Assembly: GCA_039801565.1 (NCBI GenBank)
Contig: JBDRUX010000044.1
Span: 1 to 19,362 of the forward strand
Direction: 5' to 3'
Source: a candidate division WOR-3 bacterium
GTDB lineage: Bacteria; Hydrothermota; Tepidihabitantia; Tepidihabitantales; JAOUPE01
DNA: 19,362 nucleotides
Position 1 is the stretch's first letter. The number at the start of each line of letters is the position of its first letter. Shown in pieces: positions 1 to 5,325 of this stretch. The notes under the pieces are model-generated. The model ran no database searches, was not told the DNA's origin, and saw nothing but the letters and a program-made list of their open reading frames with translations. A program made the translations under genes and the position numbers.

Positions 1-1
1 A

Positions 2-901
2 ATTTTAAGAAAAATCCGAGAAGGCGTTGGGTTGTCCCAAACCGAAGTTGCCGAGAGAATTGGATTATCGTCTAAGACAAAAGACAGTTACATCTCCCAT
101 TTAGAGAAAGGTAGATTAAAGAATCCAGCCTTAGGGTTAATTCTCCTTTATCTTCGTGCTTGTGGTGCGTCTTGGGTTGAGTTTTTTCAAGAGTTGGATA
201 GAATTGATTTTAAACATAGACACGAAAAGATGATGGCACAACTAACAACACCGCCTGACAAAAGAAAGATTGAACGGGATGTGATGCGATACGAAGTCGG
301 TATCGAGATGCCTTCGAAAGCGAAAGAGGAGATTGATTGGGAACGATTAAAGAATCAGATTAAAAAGAGAGTAGCAACTCTTCTAACCAAAAATCAAATA
401 GGGGAGAGGGAAATTAATTCCTACGAGAATTTTGCTTCGGAATATTTTGACTTTTTAGCCGATTTGAATAAACCAGGAATGAAGATGGTGACCGAAAGGT
501 ATCAAAAAGCTGGATTACAATTTCACCTGCTTTTTAAGATAAAGAAAATAATCAATTCAGTACTGCGAGGTGAGATTAAAAGATTAGAATCAAAGAAGCC
601 ATTGCCCAGCGAAAAGCAAACGAAAATGGCAATTGGTTTTACTAAGTATCGGATAAAGATTGAACAGGTTGAAACCGCGGTTCATAAGACCTTATGCGAA
701 TTGGGTGTCCAGCCACCTTGGTTTGCCTTATATAAGGATTTTGCTCGGGAATATTATAAGGCCTTGAAACGCTACTATGGCAAATCAGATTTAAGCACAA
801 GACTTGCTGAAATTGGGAAGAAGTGGGTGAAAGAGGGCTTAAAAGAGGATATTATAATAAAAGTCAGTAAAGTAATTGAAAAGATGTTTGAGAAAATATA
901 A
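2..901 (+). CDS. XRE/Cro-type HTH protein with two C-terminal helical repeats (5'-partial; true start lies left of window)
   Basis: Frame is open from position 2 (ILRKIREGVGLSQTEVAERIG...YISHLEKG...NP), a classic XRE HTH, so the TTG at 32 is internal to the domain. C-terminal two-thirds has two related repeats (V-x3-L...Y-x2-FA-x-EY...GL). Confidence 0.85.
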   Translation: MLRKIREGVGLSQTEVAERIGLSSKTKDSYISHLEKGRLKNPALGLILLYLRACGASWVEFFQELDRIDFKHRHEKMMAQLTTPPDKRKIERDVMRYEVGIEMPSKAKEEIDWERLKNQIKKRVATLLTKNQIGEREINSYENFASEYFDFLADLNKPGMKMVTERYQKAGLQFHLLFKIKKIINSVLRGEIKRLESKKPLPSEKQTKMAIGFTKYRIKIEQVETAVHKTLCELGVQPPWFALYKDFAREYYKALKRYYGKSDLSTRLAEIGKKWVKEGLKEDIIIKVSKVIEKMFEKI

Positions 902-913
902 GGAGGCATAATT

Positions 914-1372
914 ATGGCAGTAACTAAAATCAAGATGGAGAAGCGGAAAAGGATTGCCCTGATTGCCCATGACAATAAAAAACCGGATTTGTTAGAATGG
1001 GCAAGATTTAATAAAGGACTTTTAGCCAAACACGACCTTTATGCCACCGGAACAACTGGTAAAATTCTGGCGGATGAACTCGGTCTTCAAGTGACCAGAT
1101 TCCGCAGTGGACCATTGGGTGGTGACCAGCAGGTTGGGGCAAGGATTGCGGAAGGTAAGATTGACTTTGCCATCTTTTTCTGGGACCCCCTTGAACCTCA
1201 TCCCCATGATGTGGATGTGAAGGCGTTATTGCGAATTGCAGTTGTGTATAATATTCCAATTGCCTGTAATCGTGCTACTGCGGATTTTATGATATCTTCA
1301 CCTTTAATGTCCGAAGAATACGAAAGGATTGTGACGAATTATGAAGAAGGAATTATGAAAGGGAAAAAATGA
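914..1372 (+). CDS. mgsA: methylglyoxal synthase
   Basis: [42 protein letters not shown] and [12 protein letters not shown] motifs; AGGAGG RBS at 901-906. Confidence 0.97.
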   Translation: MAVTKIKMEKRKRIALIAHDNKKPDLLEWARFNKGLLAKHDLYATGTTGKILADELGLQVTRFRSGPLGGDQQVGARIAEGKIDFAIFFWDPLEPHPHDVDVKALLRIAVVYNIPIACNRATADFMISSPLMSEEYERIVTNYEEGIMKGKK

Positions 1373-1409
1373 AGATTGGTGTTGTGGGAGTGTTAGAAAG
1401 GGATTTTAG

Positions 1410-2444
1410 ATGAAAGGTCAAATCTTAAAAAAAGTCCAAACCTTAGAAGAAAATCCCAATCCCTTAGAATTGGTGGAACTACCCATCCCAAAACCAAGGT
1501 TTGGTGAAGTATTAGTAAAGGTTTTGGCTTGTGGGGTTTGCCATACTGAATTGGATGAGATTGAAGGTAGGACACCACCAACCAAATTGCCAATTGTCTT
1601 GGGTCACCAGATTGTTGGTAGAGTAGTTGAATTGGGCGAATCGGCAAATAGATTTAAGGTTGGTGACAGAGTGGGAATTGCTTGGATAAATTCGGCTTGT
1701 GGTAAATGTGATTTCTGCCTTGCCGGTTTTGAGAATCTATGTTATAACTTTCAGGCAACCGGTCGGGATGTTGATGGTGGCTATGCCGAATATACCGTAG
1801 TCAATGAGAATTTTGCCTATCCGATTCCAGAAAATTTTAGTGATTCAGAAGCCTGTCCTTTACTCTGTGCTGGTGTGATTGGATTTCGGGCATTAAAGTT
1901 AACCGGACTTAAGGACGGGGCAATTCTTGGACTATTCGGTTTTGGTGCCTCAGCGCATATTGTGATTCAGATTGTTAAATACCAATATCCTAAGACTAAA
2001 GTCTTTGTCTTTACCCGACCTGGTCAATCGCCACATCAAAAGTTAGCAAAAGAGTTAGGTGCGGACTGGGTTGGTGTCACTGGTGCCAAACCACCAGAAA
2101 AAATTAAATGCGCAATAGATTTTACCCCGGCTTGGCGACCAATCGTCGAAGCCCTAAGAGCGATGGAACGGGGTGGCAGGCTAGTTATTAATGCGATAAG
2201 AAAAGAGGATAAGGATAAAACTGCACTCAAAGACTTGGATTATGCAGACTGTATCTGGTTGGAAAAAGAAATTAAGAGTGTGGCGAATGTGACAAGAAAG
2301 GATGCCATAGAATTTTTACCCTTAGCCGCAGCCATTCCAATTAAACCGAAGGTGCAAGAATTTAAGTTGGAAGAAGCAAACCAAGCCTTAAATTTATTAA
2401 AAAAAGGTAAAATCAAAGGCGCTGCGGTTTTGAAAATTGGCTAA
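1410..2444 (+). CDS. zinc-dependent (MDR family) alcohol dehydrogenase
   Basis: CGVCHT, GHQ (variant of GHE), structural Zn CGKCDFC-x7-C, PLLCAG, nucleotide-binding GLFGFGASA. Confidence 0.92.
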   Translation: MKGQILKKVQTLEENPNPLELVELPIPKPRFGEVLVKVLACGVCHTELDEIEGRTPPTKLPIVLGHQIVGRVVELGESANRFKVGDRVGIAWINSACGKCDFCLAGFENLCYNFQATGRDVDGGYAEYTVVNENFAYPIPENFSDSEACPLLCAGVIGFRALKLTGLKDGAILGLFGFGASAHIVIQIVKYQYPKTKVFVFTRPGQSPHQKLAKELGADWVGVTGAKPPEKIKCAIDFTPAWRPIVEALRAMERGGRLVINAIRKEDKDKTALKDLDYADCIWLEKEIKSVANVTRKDAIEFLPLAAAIPIKPKVQEFKLEEANQALNLLKKGKIKGAAVLKIG

Positions 2445-2449
2445 CCTTT

Positions 2450-2620
2450 GTGCAAACAATTAAAATCATAAAAGAGATTGAGATGCTGAAACGAATTCAG
2501 CATGACCCATTCAGAGCCCAGAATGACAATGAAATAAAAATATTGCTGAAAGGAATCAAGCCAGGAATTTACTTCTTGCAATTTGGCAACCAGACCAAAA
2601 AGTTTCTGGTCATTGAATAA
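2450..2620 (+). pseudogene. orphan T9SS C-terminal sorting domain fragment (56 codons from GTG), paralogous to the 3' end of the YVTN gene
   Basis: Translates VQTIKI-IKEIEMLKRIQHDPFRAQNDNEIKILLKGIKPGIYFLQFGNQTKKFLVIE*; aligns at DNA and protein level with 7558-7773 (VKEIKI...IKEIEILK...GINPGIYFLRLGNQTKKFLVVR*). Confidence 0.85.
2480..2506. repeat. REP-like short palindrome GAGATGCTGAAacgaaTTCAGCATGAC
   Basis: 8-bp perfect stem ATGCTGAA (2483-2490)/TTCAGCAT (2496-2503), 5-nt loop; related copy at 7609-7659. Confidence 0.7.
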
Positions 2621-2659
2621 AGTCGGTTTTTTTGGCTGGCTTGATGATTTAAAAAATTA

Positions 2660-2687
2660 TTGACAAGAATTTAAAAATATTTACAAT
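2660..2687 (+). promoter_or_regulatory. sigma70-type promoter
   Basis: TTGACA (2660-2665)-N16-TACAAT (2682-2687) with AT-rich upstream element. Confidence 0.7.
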
Positions 2688-2708
2688 TATATACAGGTAG
2701 CAGGTAGT

Positions 2709-2750
2709 ATGTTTCTGATTAGGCAAACCCGACACACACACACGGGATAA
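2709..2750 (+). other. putative leader peptide ORF MFLIRQTRHTHTG
   Basis: ATG ~15 nt after the predicted TSS, preceded by CAGGTAG x2 (2694-2707, weak SD-like); contains the (AC)6 tract. Confidence 0.4.
2732..2743. repeat. (AC)6 dinucleotide simple sequence repeat
   Basis: ACACACACACAC read directly; enclosed by CCCG/CGGG. Confidence 0.9.
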
Positions 2751-2830
2751 TTTCGTTCAATTTTCAAGAAAATTTAGCCGGTTCCATAATTCAAAGCGGT
2801 TATTTACTGTTCACTCCGGAACCGGTTTTG

Positions 2831-2879
2831 TTTGGGAAGGTTTTCGTGGCTGGTCGGAGACCTTTCCGAATTTTATTTT
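2831..2879 (+). terminator. intrinsic terminator / attenuator-like hairpin in leader
   Basis: 16-bp stem 2831-2846/2855-2870 with four G-U pairs (so it folds well only on the + strand), 8-nt loop, followed by TTTTATTTT. Confidence 0.65.
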
Positions 2880-2910
2880 ACCAGCCACCGTAAGTTGCGG
2901 TAGAAAAACC

Positions 2911-2939
2911 TTGACAAATCTCCTTAAAGGAGATATGAT
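2911..2939 (+). promoter_or_regulatory. second sigma70-type promoter with palindromic spacer
   Basis: TTGACA (2911-2916)-N17-TATGAT (2934-2939); perfect inverted repeat ATCTCCTT-A-AAGGAGAT at 2918-2934; AAGGAGGT RBS at 2940-2947. Confidence 0.55.
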
Positions 2940-2951
2940 AAGGAGGTCAAG

Positions 2952-5273
2952 ATGAAAAGGTTAAATCAGTTGATATTACTGATAACCGTTCTTTGCCTAA
3001 CCGCTGATGCAGGATGGATAGACCTCGGCGGCGGTGAAGAAGGCAAAGCACCTGATATTACTCTAATCGATGATGATGTGAATGGTTGCCGGTTCCTCGT
3101 TACACTTTACGGATTTTACCTCGATACCCTTAATATTCAGGAAGGCACATTCACCGTTATTAGCCTTCCTGCCGCAACACATCGAATGGAAAAAGGTAAT
3201 CCTGAACTTCCAAAGTTGGATGTGAGTATTATAATTCCTGACAACGGCGGTGTATCTTGTGAAATTCTTAATGAAGAATTACGAACATTTGATGTTTTAC
3301 CTGTAATTCCATCCAAAGGTTCGCTAAAACGAGGTACGAATCCTGATACTGTGCCATATACTTTTAATGATATTTACTTTAATGGCGAATGGTACCCAGC
3401 AACTCTGGATGAATTGCGAGAACCTTTTATTATCTGCAACTATCGTGGCATAACTGTTCGTCTTAATGTTTTTAGACATAACCCTGCTCAAAGAATGTTG
3501 GAGGTGGCAAGGAAGTTTGAAGTGGTTCTTTCTTACGAAAATCCTCAACCTATCAAAAAAGACACGATATCCAGCAGTTTCTTTGCAATCTACAAAAATC
3601 TCTTTCTCAATTTCTCACAGAGTCATTACGATGCCCTCTATTTTTGGAAAGACTTACTTATTATTACGCATCCCAATTTTCTCACCGAAGCTAACCGCCT
3701 GGCTGACTGGAAAATGAAAAAAGGGTTCTTAACTTATGTGAGAGCACTTAATAATTGGACTAGCCAAATGATAAAAGATACAATAAACAGTCATTATCGC
3801 TCAAATACCGATTTGTTTGTTATTTTGATTGGCGACCCCGCACGAATTCCTTATTGCCGTTATGAAAGATTCCCCGACCCACACTCTGATGATTCATTTC
3901 CAACTGATGTCCGTTATGTTGACCGTGATGGTAATAATATCCCTGATGCTTTTATTTCACGAATATCTACAGATTGGTTGGGGAATGTTGAAAACATAAG
4001 ACGACAGATTGATAAGATTCTCGATTATGAAAAATTACCGCCGACGCTATCTTCAAGACCTTTTGAATGGCTGAGAAGCGGTCTTGTTATATCGAGCCAA
4101 GAATACGGCGACCGCGGCCATAAAACTAATTATGCGAGTATGCTTGAACGAAATAATATATTCCCATTTGTAGAACGGCTTTGGAATTACGAAGCAAATC
4201 CAACAAATATCACAACAAGTTTAGAAGGAGGAAGAGGGTTCGTTAACTTTCTTGGGCATGGAGATGAGTGGCGATGGCGTTGGTCTGACCCAAGTTATAC
4301 GGTATACGCGACCGAGCATGCCTATTCTTTGCAAAATTTCACCAAGTGGCCCTTTATTATTGGTGTTGCTTGTCGTGCTGGATGGTTTGCATCACCTTGT
4401 CTTGGTGACGCATTTCAATGGATGGGGTATGATGGATGCGGTGCGGTTGGTTATTATGGCTTCACCGGCGATGCGACCGTTGAAGAACCAAGAATGGCAG
4501 ATAGTGTAGCAATTCAGTGCTGGGCTGAAAATTGGACCGGAACGGATATCTTTCCTAACACAATGGGACCGGTTCTTTATAGAGGCGGTATTGAGATGAT
4601 CGAAAATTATGGCGATATAGGAGTTTATAATTTTTACATCTGGCACATTCATGGCGATGTCACTATGCAATTAAGAGGTGGACAGCAAGATAGTGTCAGA
4701 GTAAGTCATCCCAGATGGGTCTACCCGGGTTGGCCAATTGTAATAAAAGTCCTTTCTCGACCTTATGGGAGTTCCCAAGAACTCAGACCTTGTCCTAATG
4801 CTGTTGTAACTATTTGGCGACAAGACTTTCTTTATCCTCATTCTACTCGAACCGACCAAAACGGACAAGCAATTTTTTATGCGCCACCGACCCTCGGAAC
4901 GCTTTATCTGACTGTAACTAAGAATAATATGAGCTCTTACGAAGGAAGAATTGGAGTTTCTGAAGCACCCGGTCCTGACTATCAAGGTTCCGAATCAGAA
5001 GTCAGCGTTGACATCTCAAAGCGAAATTTGAATCTTAGTGTTACACCCTCTGTAGCATCCAATTCTTTTGTCATAAAAATTCCATACTATGCAAACTCGA
5101 TTGACATTTACAACGGCACTGGTAAACTTGTAATGACAATGACCACAGACAAAAGTGAATTTATTTGGAATGGAGCAGATAAAAGCGGAAGACTTTCATC
5201 ACAAGGAATCTATTTCATAAAAGCAAACGGCAAAGACAAAAGCGAAATCAAAAGACTTATACTTATGAGATAA
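2952..5273 (+). CDS. gingipain-like C25 family cysteine peptidase: signal peptide, C25 propeptide, catalytic domain, Ig-like domain, T9SS CTD
   Basis: GNPELP...IIPD and PSKG propeptide motifs; WKxxKG, VILIGD, ISRIS, catalytic GHG and VAC motifs; C-terminal IYNGTGKLV...WNGADKSGR...GIYFIK. Confidence 0.92.
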   Translation: MKRLNQLILLITVLCLTADAGWIDLGGGEEGKAPDITLIDDDVNGCRFLVTLYGFYLDTLNIQEGTFTVISLPAATHRMEKGNPELPKLDVSIIIPDNGGVSCEILNEELRTFDVLPVIPSKGSLKRGTNPDTVPYTFNDIYFNGEWYPATLDELREPFIICNYRGITVRLNVFRHNPAQRMLEVARKFEVVLSYENPQPIKKDTISSSFFAIYKNLFLNFSQSHYDALYFWKDLLIITHPNFLTEANRLADWKMKKGFLTYVRALNNWTSQMIKDTINSHYRSNTDLFVILIGDPARIPYCRYERFPDPHSDDSFPTDVRYVDRDGNNIPDAFISRISTDWLGNVENIRRQIDKILDYEKLPPTLSSRPFEWLRSGLVISSQEYGDRGHKTNYASMLERNNIFPFVERLWNYEANPTNITTSLEGGRGFVNFLGHGDEWRWRWSDPSYTVYATEHAYSLQNFTKWPFIIGVACRAGWFASPCLGDAFQWMGYDGCGAVGYYGFTGDATVEEPRMADSVAIQCWAENWTGTDIFPNTMGPVLYRGGIEMIENYGDIGVYNFYIWHIHGDVTMQLRGGQQDSVRVSHPRWVYPGWPIVIKVLSRPYGSSQELRPCPNAVVTIWRQDFLYPHSTRTDQNGQAIFYAPPTLGTLYLTVTKNNMSSYEGRIGVSEAPGPDYQGSESEVSVDISKRNLNLSVTPSVASNSFVIKIPYYANSIDIYNGTGKLVMTMTTDKSEFIWNGADKSGRLSSQGIYFIKANGKDKSEIKRLILMR

Positions 5274-5278
5274 AAAAG

Positions 5279-5307
5279 AAAGAGGGGCAGTAACCCTGCC
5301 CCTCTTT
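5279..5307 (+). terminator. intrinsic terminator-like hairpin (possibly bidirectional)
   Basis: Perfect 12-bp stem AAAGAGGGGCAG/CTGCCCCTCTTT with TAACC loop just after the stop codon; short U tail. Confidence 0.75.
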
Positions 5308-5325
5308 ATGATAAAATGAAACAAA

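Noticed and set aside
2619..2642. Terminator after the orphan CTD
   Set aside because: Stem is half G-U pairs and has no downstream U tract.
2721..2760. c-di-GMP-I riboswitch (GGCAAACCCG...CGGG)
   Set aside because: GNRA loop is replaced by an AC tract, and the following GACGCAAA and second stem are absent; at most a decayed relic.
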